Shown here: in pieces, positions 49,701 to 62,751 of the stretch
Position numbering within the stretch: position 1 is the stretch's first letter
How the letters are laid out: each line of letters begins with the position of its first letter
NCBI RefSeq assembly: GCF_009834535.1
Contig: NC_045707.1
Location: forward strand, 52,392,001 to 52,456,000
DNA length: 64,000 nt
From: Camelus ferus
Taxonomy: Eukaryota
Direction: 5' to 3'
Notes under the pieces: generated by a model
Seen by the model: the letters and a program-made list of their open reading frames with translations, nothing else
Told to the model about the DNA's origin: nothing
Databases searched by the model: none
Program-made: the position numbers and the translations under genes

Positions 49701-52700
49701 CTTGTTATTTATCCTTTTTTTTTTTTAAACATGAAAGCAGTCTGACAGTGGGTTAATTATTTGTCTCTGCCAAGTAAACGTTCAGAGCCAACGCCTGGCT
49801 AACATGCTGCAGGACATCTTAAGCCCTCTGTATTTCAGTCCATCAGGGTGACCAGGTATGCTTTGCTGAATGCTGGTGATGCTTCTGAGGAATGCCATTC
49901 ATATCACTGACAGCATGGATTCTTATTTTTATGACAAGAGTTTTCCAGCTGGTGGAGGTTGTGTCTTGTCTTTATAAAATTAATTTGTCATGAAAAATTT
50001 CCAATGATGGGAATAAAGTGTCTCACAGAAGGGGCATCTGTTTTTTAACTTAAATCGACTAAGGGGATGATTCTGTTTACCAAGGTGAGGCTCCCTGGAG
50101 GCAGAACACATTTGTAAAAGAGTTCTTGGGTCTAGTTTTTGATCTGTTAAAGCTGTACAGTGGCAAAGCCAAGAAGGCAATTGAATATATTGAGTGTATT
50201 GAATAAGGCAAAAAGGGGTTTAGGCTAGAGATGAAGACAGGAAGAAATACCCCCGAGACAATGGCGATGATGTGGGAGTGGGTAAAATCACCCAGGTACG
50301 GAGTGTGGAGTTGCGAGAGAAGTCCAGCATTAGAGGAATCCGGTGTTAAAACAGAGACATGGAGGAACCAGCCAGCAGACTAAGGAGGGGCAACCAGACA
50401 GTCAGGAAGGAAGGTGCAGCCCTGTGATTCCAGAAGCCAGGGGAAGAGAGAGCTTCCAGAAGGAAGGAGGCATCGTGAGTGTGAAAGTCGCTGAGCATAC
50501 AGCTTGGATGAGACTGGCAAAGGGTCCCCGGGATTCAGGAGCAGTGGTGAAAGTCAAGATGCAATGGCGTGGGGAGTGACTGCATGGTGACAAGTGGGAA
50601 CTCTTGGGGGCACGCAGCTGCAGAAGGAAGGAGAGTGAAGGGCAGTGACCGAAGGAGACAGGGTGTCAAGGGAATGTCTTTTAAGTGATGAGTAAGATAT
50701 AAGTGGGTATTGGGAGAGACCCCTTCCTGGGTCTGTTTCTCACACCTTGCAAGAGGAGGCGTGGACGGCCATTGCTCTGGACTGTCTGGTGGTGAACGCC
50801 TCTGCAAGGTGCAAGGTTTCCCTCTGAGCCAAGCACGGATTTGTCCACATCCAGCAAACAAGATAATGCCTCCCTCGGGGGCAAAGCTCAGCCGGGTTCA
50901 CGCCCAACATCAAGGATCTGGATCCCGGAATGCACCTGTGTCCCCGGAATGCACCTGTTCCGAGCGCAGGTATTTCCTGGGCTACCTCTGCCCGAGTCCC
51001 TCCCCAGAAGGACAGGCAGGCGGTCCTGCCCCCTCTCTACCGGCCTGTGTCCTCAGTGCTTCCCTTAAACAGGTCAGAGCCCTCTAACACAGTCTGTGGC
51101 CTTTATCGAGTTTCATGGTGTGGAATTTTGCTGTGTTACTAAAAATCCATTTCCAATTTATAAGAGCCAGAGATGAAACAGCTGTTACTCAGCCTTTCTT
51201 TATTGAAGGAGGAAGCTAAAAAAAAAAGCCTTCAGAAAACAGAGGAGAAATGGAGGAAACTGCATGAATTCCTCAAACTGTATGTTGCCGGTCCCCGCAG
51301 GGAAACCCCTTTCCCCTCTCTGTTTCCCAAGCACTTGGTGGCTGGTTTGGGACGTGAGGTTTGCTCTGTTTGACTCAGATGTTCCAGGTGGGCTGAGCGG
51401 CTGATTTATGCTCGGGAGAACATGAAAAAGACCTCAAGTAGCTCATTTCATTCCTTCTCCGAAAAAACCCAGCCGTTAATTAGAACGGGCTGGCGACTTT
51501 GATGCGAGGCTGGGAAATCTGAAGGCGTTCGGGGCTTTTCAAGACAGAATTTTTCAGCATGAGATCTAGTTAGCAGCTGTGTTGTCAGTGAGTCTGAACA
51601 GCAAAATTAGCTGCACCATCAGGGCGCTGGGTCAGAGAAGTGCAGAATTAGATGCGGACGTGCCCGAGTTCTCACCCCTGGGCCCCTCCATCTCCAAACT
51701 CCTCACCTGCACCGTCAGGGCCAGACTGTGGCCAGGGCAGGCCAGCAGTGGGGACAGGCCAGCAGCTAGGGCAGGACAGAGCACAGGGGCCGGGCTTCAG
51801 CCGGGGACCCCTGGATGAGAGCCCACAGGTGGGATCTGTTCTAGCTCTTCTGGGCCTGGAGGGCTGGAGGGGCGACCGAGGAGCCTGGGTCCCAGGTGGG
51901 GGCTTCTCCCCCAGGGGCTGGAATAACCTGAAATGTAGGGGGTAAAGGAGTGACAGCAACGAGACAACAAAGAGTAACAGGAGTAGTCAAGGGGGTGTGA
52001 TTAGGTCAAAAGGGAAATTTCTCGAGCTAAGACGCATGGTTTTTTAAATTTAAAGAATTTATTTCATAAAATGCAGGAGAGAATAGTCATATGTCAAAAC
52101 AAAGCAAAAACACAAAGACATGGAAACTGTGAGCAAAAAGGTAGGTGACTGGAAGGACCTGGCTGGAAGTCTGACGCGAGGACGTGAGCGTTCCAGGAGA
52201 GGAAAGGGAGATTTGGGTCTGCATGTGGAGAGGGCTTAGCAAGTCCCAGGAAGGATGAATTTCTTTGGGAAATCCTGAATCGCAAAGAAAAGTCTTACGA
52301 AAGCAAGCTCTGGACACAAAGACGTCTCCTACAGGGAAATGGCTGTAGGGAGGCACCTGCTGGACCAGAAGCCGACGGTGGTGGGTTCACACCTGCAGGC
52401 GTCACCCCCCTGCCCTGACGGGCGTGGAAAGGGCGGATGTGAAAGGGTTCCAAGAGCATCTCACGCCCTAGTTACCTCAGGAATACATTTCGGAAGGTAT
52501 GTGAATCATACCAACTCACTATCTCAGATTGATGAGAAACTAGAAATTATGAAGGGTGTGAGTTTAAACTAGCAATAGGAAGTAAACGAATTGAAAATCG
52601 CTAGAAACGCCTGTTGATCAGTTAAAGGGAAACAAAGTGGAAAATTCAGGACTGTGCTGAGACTTTTTACAGCCTCTTCCGTTGAGGTGTCCTACCTGAG

Positions 52701-53900
52701 TCAGCGGGGCCACTTCTTGGGATGCTCAGACGAGAATGCCTGGGACCCCCTGTGCCAGGTGTTCAAACAGGAAAAAAGAGCTCATCCCCTGTCCCTCCAG
52801 CCCGAGGGGGGACAGAACCCTGGCTTGCCTTACTAGCCACTCTTCAGGCTCTCAGTCCTTTTACCTCCTGCGTAACTGCTGCATTGAGTTCAGTTCCTCC
52901 CCGTCAATAACCCAGAGTGGCTTCTGTCTTCCGGGTTGACCCCTGGCTGACTCACCTGTGTGGTCTCCTCTCCCCTCCCCCTCCATTCAGATGTACTTCC
53001 CTCTCTGCTCACTGGCAGGTGACCTGCCATCATGCTGCAATACTGAGTTTAGCAGCAGCTATGGGCCCAGTAGAAGGGGGGTGGATGAGGGACCGACTAA
53101 GAGACTGGACTTCAGAAGAAGGGACTTCCCCAACCCTGTTTGATATTCCACATAGTGGCTCGAGACCGTGTCCCCAAACAATGTCTGGAGTGTCCCCAGT
53201 GAAAGTCTCCTCCTGAAGACACAGCACTGCCCCTTCTGGCTGCTGGCCCAGGCAGTCTGGATTGGTAGGGAATGTTCTAAATTAAAAGAGCTAATGAAAA
53301 TCTAGAATGTGCTGGGGAAAAGGACTTATTTTTCCTGTAATTGACCCCGATTTCACAACTTCTTGGAGGAATGACAGAGCAGTGGGGACCGCGGTGCCTG
53401 CTCAAAACTGGAAACAGACTTCTCCCCTGTCTCCCTCCTCTACCCCCTCCACTCACTCCATCACAGCTGGAAAGCTTCCGAGTGGCTCAGGGATTGGCCG
53501 AGACGGTCTTTGAGTCCATCTGGAGACTTTCACTCTGGGTAAGGCCACAGAAAGGATGATAACCTCCTTCTGGTATCTTCTTTGCTTCTCGGTCTCCACC
53601 GGCTTCCCATTGTGTGAAGACAACCTTTTAGTGCGCTCTGAGGCACGTCGAATTTTAGCCAGTAACGGATAGAACTGTGGTTTCTAAACCTCTCTCGTCT
53701 CTGAGGGATGAAGTTGGCAATGCCCGCTGACTTTTGTTTTGGGACACTGAGTAGTTCTGGCCACCTCAGCTTTGAGAACAATCACTCTTACCTGTAAATC
53801 CTCTTTTAACGTGATTGTTCTCCACACAAGAGTCAGTTTTTTGTTTTTCGTTTTAGGAAGAGCATTTCTCACTTAATCGAACTTTCCTTTTCACACTCAT

Positions 53901-53969
53901 CCCCCCCACCCCTTTTACGATTGTTTTTAATTGAAGTATAGTCGGTTTACGACGCTGTGTCAATTTCTA
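53901..53969 (-). mobile_element. Very short L1 3' end with TSD
   Basis: ttaattgaagtatagtcggtttac, flanked by tttcacactcat at 53889-53900 and 53970-53981. Confidence 0.75.
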
Positions 53970-55009
53970 TTTCACACTCATTTTGGTAAATTCCTTTGGG
54001 ATTTAGAGCCAGTTCCCTTTGGGAATTTGAATCTGTGGGGAGCAGCCTGTAAGAGCAGCTGCCACTTTCTCTCTTCTGTTCTTTTTCTCCTTGTTGACTG
54101 AACATTAAAATATTGACCTATATCATCAGCTGTTTTGAAATGCTACCTAAATGCAGGAATCCTTAACTTGAAGGAAAAAGAAAGGAAGAAAACAAAGAAT
54201 ACATGTACTTCCTCTGGTCTCTGAATAAACAAACCTGTCCCAGGTGAATAATTTCTATTTCTTTCTTGACTGAGGAATCCAACTGGTTCTCTATGTCACG
54301 CAGTGACTTTGTTGTCTTCGTGACTCCAGGCATTTTTGTCTATCTCTGCATCATATTAACTCACGGAATCTGCTTCGTGCTGTGCTTTTGTTAGAAGAAC
54401 AGGCTGTCTTTCTGAGCAGGTGTTAGACTGGTCCTTCTTTCATGTTGTTGCTTTGTGAAGGTGTTAAAAATGCCACTGTAAAAGGCTGGGCTGGAAATTG
54501 TTTGGTTAAACTGTGTGCGGCGGATGCCTGTGCAATTTTCACACCCCTGACAGTTTCCCCGTTAAGTGCCGTCACCCTGAAGAGATTACACTTTAGAAGT
54601 TTGAGGTGTTTATCCAAGATGATGCAGCAACGTTCTGTGGTACACTTGGAAACATCCTCCCATCACCCCCGGCAACGGCTCGTGGAGAATGACCACATGC
54701 TTCCCGCACCCCCTGGCTGATCCGCCCCTCCTGCCCAAGGACTAGACGTGGGGTTTGAGGGACACAGTCTTTATTCAGGTCTAGACACTGAATGAGTGTC
54801 ACAGAGCCACTGATTAATGGTCACTCCACTTTGTGTGCAGGGATATTAAATATTGTTGAGAGGAAATAAGTATTTAAGAGCAAACCCCTAAGGCAGCTGG
54901 CCTTCCTCCTGTGAGTCTGATCCCGTCTGGGTGGTCTCCTGGGGGCAGAGCCTTGTCCTCCTCAGACAGAAGAAATGAACAAACAAAACCCAAAACACCC
55001 TCGGTGCTC

Positions 55010-55197
55010 TGCAGACCCTTTCTGTAAGGGACTGGGTAAGAGACAGTTCAGGCGTGGTGGGCTATAATCTCTCTGTCGCAAATTCTCCACTTTCACACGT
55101 TGTAGCATGGACAGGATGTAGACAAATGAGTGTGCCTGAGGGCCAATAAAACTTTACTGACAAAAGCAGGCTGTGAGCTGCAGTTGGCCACCCCCTG
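55010..55197 (+). mobile_element. MER58-like DNA transposon
   Basis: tttctgtaaggg...tctctgtcgcaa...caaatgagtgtg...ccaataaaacttta...ggccaccccctg. Confidence 0.7.
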
Positions 55198-56163
55198 CTC
55201 TGATGAAGGGGCAGCAGATCTTTGGTGCCGGAGGGCCGTCCTCCTGCTGGATTCTGTGTACCTGGGGTTTCGTGAGCACAGCACGGAGTGCCCAGGGCTG
55301 CCCCTCCGTGTGCCTCCAGTCCTCACGAGTCCCGTCTCCCCTGTTCTTCGCCCACCTTCTCCCTCACTCCTGCTTCTCCCTGGGTACGCACCTGGGTTCC
55401 CAGCAGCCACATCCCAGCATCCTTCGAGGGCTCCACCCCTGGTCCTTCCAAATCAGGGCCCTGAGAACCAGGCGTGCATTTTAATTGTCTGGAAGCAGGC
55501 AGTCATCTTGCAGGGAAAGGAAAACCATGGCCAAGGTGTGCGAGCCCCGTCTGATTCAGCACAACCGTCAAAGGGGACCACGTCCTCAGCCACCCACACC
55601 AGTCCTGACATCAAACTTGGACGCTGCCCTTCGAGGACCCCTTCACATTCTAACCAGAAAGTACACACGTTTGGAAGTTTCTTTCCAGGACCCTAATTGA
55701 CTTCCCCTGACGTGGTCAGTATGGAAACACCATGCTAACGTGAGCTGGCCGTGGGTGAGGTGGATTCCCTGTCCCCAGGCTCCTCTCTGATTACTTACTT
55801 GTGTTCTCCAAGACTGAAAGCACTGTCACACTGGAAGTACCCCCCAAGGAATCAGCTAATAAAAGCGCTGGGCTGCTGAGCCAGCACCAGGACCTGGAGC
55901 CTAAATATGTCTTTCCTGTTGGATTTCAGCCAGGCCGCTCCCCTGCGTCCGACGGCCCCCGAGTGCGGAACACCGACCCCATCTCTGTTCCAGGCCCCGT
56001 GTGTCCACATCAGCGTCTGAAGGAGTCACTCCTTCTGCAGCTTCCATTAGATCTCAGCTTTGCACCAGGTTTTTCCAGGAAAGACTCATTATTACGCCCC
56101 AGGCTGCTTTGTTTGTGCAAATTCTACACATTCAGAGAAACTTCTAGACAAATGAAAACATGT

Positions 56164-56169
56164 TTTATT
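56164..56169 (-). terminator. Polyadenylation signal AATAAA (distal)
   Basis: Plus-strand tttatt. On the minus strand it is preceded by TGTA motifs (tgtgtacacagtgtacag) and a U-run, and followed by U/GU-rich sequence. Confidence 0.7.
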
Positions 56170-56800
56170 TACAGGAAAAAAAAATCTGTACACTGTGTAC
56201 ACATAAAAATATACAAAACCAAAATAGAAAAGGTCAAAGTGTTAAAATGTGTACAAACACTTTTAAAAGGTGACTTCTGGAAAACCTCAAGCCATAATTT
56301 ATTTGACGCGTAGACACTGCATTTTAAAAACTAGCATACAAAAAAATTCCCAAAGCTGTTAAAAAAGTTCACTGGTTTCCACTGGAAAAATTTCATAAGT
56401 ATTTTATCAAGAGTGAAACAGGACAGTGTGGGATCGTAAGCATTAGGCTTTACCAGTTCCAACGCAGGTAATTTGTGTGAAATCTACCTACTAAGAAGAC
56501 TATCTCCCATAGAACCAAATAAATGTTTCTTTCCCTAATCTTGCAAAAGCTGTGAGGTCTAGGATAACTTCCCCCCAAAGTTCAGAGTTCAGTCAGGCTT
56601 CTGATGAGGATACGATCTTCATGTAGTGTTTCCACGCTCCGAGTGTCTTGTAAATATTTCCGACATACTTTCTAAGGTAGCCAGAATGTGTGAAATATGT
56701 GTGTGTGGGAAGACTAGATTTATTTTTTTTGTAACAGAAGGACATATAACATTTGCTTACTTCTCTGGAAAAAATCGGTGTTTGCATAATTAAAACAAAC

Positions 56801-56806
56801 TTTATT
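56801..56806 (-). terminator. Possible alternative (proximal) polyadenylation signal AATAAA
   Basis: Plus-strand tttatt, followed on the minus strand by gtttgtttt. Confidence 0.4.
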
Positions 56807-59800
56807 GTAAAGTTTTCAGAAGTAAAGTTTGTTGAAAAAAGACACTATAAAAGCAGCCATGTGTGTAGATACGTATATATACACAGAACTATATCTACAT
56901 GCACGCTTTAGAGCAAGAGTAAGAATTCTATCAATACCTTTAAGTCTTTAGATTCCATTAGCCCAAGCTTGTAGAGAAACTGATAGATTTTTTTCTTCTT
57001 ACTAAAAGGCTTCATTCATCTAATAAAACAAGAACCAGAACTTAACAATTTATTTCCTTGACAGAGAAATACCCTTCATGAACCACTGGTGTAAATACTG
57101 TCTGAGAGACAGAAACATGGGACAATTTCACAAAATACCCAGAGCATCAACAGCAAGTCTGAACTCAGGCACAACTGGCCCAAGCACTGAACTTCTAAAT
57201 GCAGCTGTGGAACCGCTCTTGTCCTCCGTCTCTTGTCCTTCTGCTGCTTAGCTGTGGGACCAGGTCACTTTGGCCACCAGTCTCGACCCCGCCCTGTGCG
57301 TTGATCTCTGAGAAAAAAGGCTGAAGAGAGAGCTTTAGTCGTGTCATCTGTGCAGTGAGAGTCTTACATCACCGACCATTACTCACAAGAGCCTGACTCC
57401 ACCTCATGCAGCCAAACAGACCCAGTCAATTCAGTAGCTCTCAGCATCCCTGTCCGGAAGGGTCAGCCCACAGCATCAGATATTAATCTGTCCCACCAGA
57501 ATGGACTGGCTCGTGAACCTGCCACAGGATGACCTGTGGCAGCTTTAAACAGTTAATTTTATTTCTCAGTTTTGAAAATGCTAACAATTGCTTCGGCCTG
57601 GCTTTGTCCAGATGCTTCAATGGCAGGAGAGGACTGGAGAGTCCAGAACTGATGAAGTGTCTGGCTGACCGGCCGAGGGCCTGGGACACGTGGGGTGGGC
57701 TGTGACTGAGAGTTTTGAGCTCTGCGTCCAGCAGATGAGGACAGTCCCCCTGAACCTGAAAGGGGGAAAAAGTCGCTTGCTCACCCATCTCGGTTCTCAG
57801 CCCTGAAGTTGCACGAGGCTTACACACAGCTCTGAGCTGCCCCCTGTAAGGACGCAGGGGAGGTGAGACACGGGGCCAGCACTAGTGTTCCCCGGGGACC
57901 GTGAGGACCTGTCAGACCTCACCCTGTACCTGGTGGAAGGAGCTGGGGAACCGAGCTGGATGAACCTGGTTGCAGGTGAGTTGTCACTCCTGGTCAACAC
58001 TGTTGTATTGTAACAACAACAACAGCAAGAAAAGATGAAGTGACGTTATCTTGAGATGTAAAGCAATGTGACCTCTGTCCGTCCTGAGAGTGAAAAAAGG
58101 GACACTGAATAGCTTCAGTTTACGAGCATCTGGTCCCGGAACAGGGTGGAGGGTTTGGAAGGGGCGGAGCTGGGAAGAATGCAGTGGGCACCGCTTTCTG
58201 TTAACATCTCTGCGCAAGGGCTGTGTGTTTATTCAGCAAACATAGCATCTGAGGATTTAGTCGACATCTGGCAAAACTCTGCCACATAGGACCTACCTGA
58301 CTCAAACTAGAAGCGGTCATCATGTCCACTACATCTGCCTGCTACTTCTGAGCAGCTGAACAATGGAAACTTTCAAACAGAAGCACACCCAGCCCACACG
58401 AATATTAATGTGTACCACATTTTCCTCAATGTTTAACAGACCCCGATTCCCAAGAGTCTTTAAGGCTGTGATAAATCCAAAAGTTTTCATTAAATTTTCT
58501 TTAAGCTTTTCAGTCTTTCTTATAACGTCAATGAGACTGAAAGTCCTTTCTAAAAGTCCATGTGTTACAACAAAGTGTATTTTAAAATCCTTGAAATATT
58601 TTCTAGGGCTTTTGAACTTGAATATTTACATCGACCCCCGGCACATTTTCCTCTACTCACAGTTCTCATGAGGGGGCTGTCCTGGAAATAAGGACGCAGG
58701 GAGAGAAATCCAGAAGGAGGCTACTAAAGAAACATCAGTGACATGGGCATCTGAAGGTCAGAGCTTGGAGGCTCTGGGGAGGAACAGAGCGGCTGGAGGA
58801 CTGCTCACCCCACAGCAATGCTGCTGAACTCATTACTCACTCAGCACTGGAAGAGATTATGTTCTTTCAGGGAATTAGGAAGAAAAGTGTCTTGGCCACG
58901 TCTGCTCAGACATAAGCCAATGTGCTAGACAAAATTACCCATCCCTTCTCACAGATCTGGAAGCAAAACTCTCAAAGTGGGATACTGTCACGATGGAAAC
59001 TCTTCATTCTTCCCACATCACTCTTCCAAGAAGCCACAGGAGATGCCTGTGACCCGACCCTATTTCTGTGGAGTAGACTAACGGTACAGAAGCTGCCAGT
59101 TTCTGTAAACCATCCTTGCTCAGGAAAAGAAACCAATCCTGGAACAAAAAACTAAACTCTCCTGACGTTCACACCCTTGCAAAGGAGAACACATTTAATT
59201 AAGTTGCTATTGTCACTGCCAAGAAGTCTTCACTATACCACTGAGATACGTTTTGATTTTGATTATAGATTGAAGTTGCCTGTTTAACGAAGGTATTCCA
59301 AAACGTTTCTGTTTCGCTGCATTCATGGCAAAAACATTTTGTTTTCACTGTATCAGTGACAAGGCTGAGATTACAACAGAACAAACTGAATGTAGCTCAC
59401 TCACTGCCACGACCGTCTTCCCTCCCACTGCCTTTCCCTCTGAAGCACGTGTTATTTTCCTTGCTGTTCAAGGGCGATACTTTCACACAACTATACCTAA
59501 TCATATGGCTTTGTCAAGTTGCTCATGTAAAACACATCTGTGAAAACAAGGGCGGGGGTCCGAAACATCCGCCCGTAGGAAGAATTAGTGAAAATCGGTG
59601 CATCACTGTCAGGATCCCAATAGCTGACACTAACCAGAAAGACACATGAAAGACACAGGTGTGCACCCTCGGAATCACAAGGTGCCAGCCCCCCAGTCTC
59701 CCTTCTAGACTGGAAGGAGCCCTCCCCCAGGGGGATGTCCTAATTGTCGGCGCCTATGGCTTCCGGGCTGTGGGGAGGGCTGGCGGGCGAGGAGGTACAG

Positions 59801-60513
59801 ACCAGAAGGGCCGGCGTGGAGGACGGTCTGTCCAGGGCCGCCTGCAGACCCCGGGTCTGCATTCACCTGCCGGGGAAGTTCCTGTTGGCCAGGGATTCCT
59901 GGTCAAGTAAGGAAATAGTGCAGGAAAACAAAGTGCATCGTCTGTACTGCTACCCTGGGTGGGCTTTTTCTTGGACTGCTCAGGGGGGATGCTTTGTGGC
60001 CTGACCCACGAAGACCAAAGCATTTGGCGGGCAACAGGGACCAGAGAGGGGGCTGCCCGCGGCTGGAAACACCTCATAGGATATGGGGGGGGGGTTGCTG
60101 TCGCCATAGACACGTCTGGGGGATAATCCAGACGTTCGTCATCGACTCTGGGATGCTTCACGATCAGTGCACAGTCAAGGGACTCACCGGCTGTGACGGG
60201 TACTGCCCCTCCGCGTGAGCGCTCCCAGCTATAAGCCACGCCCTCCTGGCAGGTGTACCTCGGAGCCCTGTGGCTGGAACCCTCCCTGACTGATGGGGGG
60301 CGGGGTAAAGAAAAGACGTTTTGGAGGTATTGACCATTTGATATACATTTTTTTTCCTCGCTATCCTTTTAAAAATTGTTTCTTGCATCTTTCTTGGTTT
60401 TTGTTTTTTCCCCCTTTGAATTCCATTTCTATATTCAAAGCCGTCGTGAGTTCCCAGAGGCTTAGGAGGGGAAGAACTCTCCGGCCGAGGCTGAGTTACC
60501 GGTGGCGGCGGTC

Positions 60514-60590
60514 GCCCCGCCCCGCCCCCTGGGGCCAGCGCCCCGCCCCCCCCGGGACCAGCGCCCCGCCCCCGGGACCAGCGCCCCGGG
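60514..60590. repeat. GC-rich minisatellite, unit ~CCCCGGGACCAGCGCCCCG, about 3 copies
   Basis: ccagcgccccg recurs three times immediately after the ST6GAL2 stop codon. Confidence 0.85.
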
Positions 60591-60593
60591 GCC

Positions 60594-60847
60594 TCAGGCG
60601 CGCGGCGGGCAGCGCGCGGCGCGGAGCCCGGGCAGCACCACCTTGCCCTTGCGGCGCAGGTCGCCGCGCGCGCCCGTGTTCAGCCGCTGCACCAGCAGCT
60701 TCTCGTAGAGCAGCGGGTGGTAGGCGCCCAGCGTGCAGGCCGCGTCGCGGTACAGCTCGTGGTAGTGGCACAGCTCCGTCTGCCGCACCGACGGGATGTA
60801 CTCGTACACGTGCACCTCGCGGCAGAGCGTCATCATGAGCAGGATGC
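60594..60847 (-). CDS. ST6GAL2: Last coding exon of beta-galactoside alpha-2,6-sialyltransferase 2 (C-terminal catalytic domain)
   Basis: Translates (G)[83 protein letters not shown]. This contains the end of sialylmotif S, motif III (HYHE) and motif VS (HPLLYE), and the SVRQTELC and LLVQRLN residues fit ST6Gal II. Phase-1 acceptor ...tcttctgtcgcgcag| at 60850-60848; branch-like CTCAC at 60874-60870; TGA at 60596-60594. The ORF-track extension to 61085 is intronic. Confidence 0.96.
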
Positions 60848-61099
60848 CTGCGCGACAGAAGACCGAGCGGTGAGCGACGCGGACGGGGGTGGGGAGGCCC
60901 CGGCGCTGCTCCCCCTTCCTGTCCTCTGTACTCTGCGGCTTCCAGTGAGGGGCGTGTGTGCGGCCTGGGGGTGCGGGGGCGTGTCGGACCTGACGCGATT
61001 GTACACGCATTCTTTCGGTCCACTCCTGAGAAGACAAAGCGCTCGAACTCAGGAGAGGACAGTTGGTGACAGACTGCATCCCCAAGTTTGACTGTCACT

Positions 61100-61188
61100 C
61101 ACCCAGGTCTACACACGGGCGCACCCGGTCTACACGCAGGTGCCCCTATCTACACGCAGGTCCACTCCGTTCTACACACGGGTCCACT
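61100..61188. repeat. ~20-bp minisatellite, 4 copies
   Basis: tctacacRcRgg recurs four times. Confidence 0.8.
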
Positions 61189-61299
61189 GGATTTGCAACA
61201 GGACTGTGATGTCCCCATGAAACGCATGTAAATAGCAGCTTAAAAGGAAAGAGATGGAGACACAGAGTCTCAGGTTCATTTTCAAATTATTTTTCTCCA

Positions 61300-61402
61300 G
61301 GGAGGGTATAGCTCAGTGGTTTAGCTTGTGCTGCAAGAGGTCCTGGGTTCAATCCCCAGTACCTCCAATCAGTCAATCAATCAAATTACTTCCCCCACCC
61401 CA
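61300..61402 (+). mobile_element. tRNA-derived SINE (Vic-1-like)
   Basis: GGGAGGGTATAGCTCAGTGGT...GGTCCTGGGTTCAATCCCCAGTACCTCC, flanked by aaattatttt direct repeats. Confidence 0.85.
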
Positions 61403-61859
61403 AAATTATTTTCCTCACTGGAACTATCAACATTAAAGTTGCTTTAATTCCTCATTTTTTTTCCCTCTCTCCTCATACCAGGGTGATTGTGGCTTTCCCT
61501 AGGAATTTTCTGCACCCCTGTCATTAATAGATGTGATTGTCATTTCAAGTAAAGGACGAGAAAGTAAATCATTTGGTGCTTCGATTCATTAGTAACAAAT
61601 CACTGCAGAGCCTCATACTATTCTTTTTAAATGATAAGTTGTGAAAATTTGGCAAGAAAGTCCACTTCTAAGAATGTAAATAAAATGTAAGCCCACAGTA
61701 AAAAATTTCCAACTGAAATGCTTGTCAGCATAATACAATTCCATCTTGCCTTTCTGAAGCCATTGTTGACAATCTTGGGCTTATTTATAATTTCTCAGCA
61801 ATGCTAGACTCAAGGTTCATAATCTATTATTTGTTTGGTGGTAATTCCTCATTTAAAAA

Positions 61860-62751
61860 GTGTTTATATAAATCTTATTGAAGTATAGTTGATTTACAAT
61901 ATTGTGTAAGTTTCAGATGTACAGCAAAGTGATTCAGGTATATGCATATGTTATGTGTAAATATATATACATATAATAGATATAATATTATATATATATA
62001 ATACACCTTTCTAGATTCTTTTTCAATTATAGGTTATTACAAGACATTGAATATAGTTCCCTGTGCTATACAGTAAATTCTTGTTTTTTAAGTCTGTTTT
62101 ATATATGGTAGTATGTATCTGTTCATCCCATACTCCTAGTGTATCCTTTCCTCCACCCTGCCCTTTCTTCTTTGGTAACCATATGTTTGTTTTCTATGTC
62201 TCTGAGTCTGCTTCTGGTTTATAAATAAGTTCATTTGTGTCTCTCTCTCTCTCTTTTTTTTTTTTTGGTTTAGATTCCACATATGAGTGACATCATACAG
62301 TTTTTTTTTTTCTCTTTCTGGCTTACTTCACTTAGTATGATAAATTCTAGGTCCATCTGTGTTGCTGCAAATGGCAATGTTTCATTATTTTTTATGGCTG
62401 AGTAGTATTCCATTGTACATATACACCACATCTTCTTTATCCATTCATCTGGTGATGGACATTTAGGTTGCTTCCATGTCTTGGCTATTGTAAACAGTAC
62501 TGCTGTGAACATTGGGGTGCATGTATCTTTTCAAATTAGGGCTTCCTCTGGATATATGTGCAGGAGTGGGATTGCTGGATCATATGGTAACTCTGTTTTT
62601 AGTTTTTAAGGAACCATACTGTTCTCCATAGTGGATGCACCAATTTACATTCCCACCAGCAGTGCAGGAGGGCTCCCTTTTCTCCACACCCTCTCCAGCA
62701 TTTATCATTTGTGGACTTTTTGATGATGGCCATTCTGATCGGTATGAGGTG
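61860..62751 (-). mobile_element. 5'-truncated L1 with ORF2 C-terminus (in the ST6GAL2 intron)
   Basis: ORF 62270-62512 (MFTAVLFTIAKTWKQPKCPS...MEYYSAIK). Flanking atttaaaaa repeats at 61851-61859 and 62752-62760. Confidence 0.92.

Larger units (their letters stand above)
56140..60593 (-). other. ST6GAL2: Probable long 3'UTR of ST6GAL2
   Basis: Runs from the stop codon to an AU-rich terminal block with AATAAA and upstream UGUA motifs. Almost no recognisable interspersed repeats. The end coordinate is inferred. Confidence 0.7.
60440..61010. promoter_or_regulatory. CpG island over the ST6GAL2 terminal exon
   Basis: Very high GC and dense CpG by inspection. Confidence 0.85.

Noticed and set aside
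60496..61098. Long overlapping ORFs (200, 181 and 124 aa) around the ST6GAL2 exon
   Set aside because: Stop-codon depletion in very GC-rich DNA. Only the sialylmotif frame is supported.
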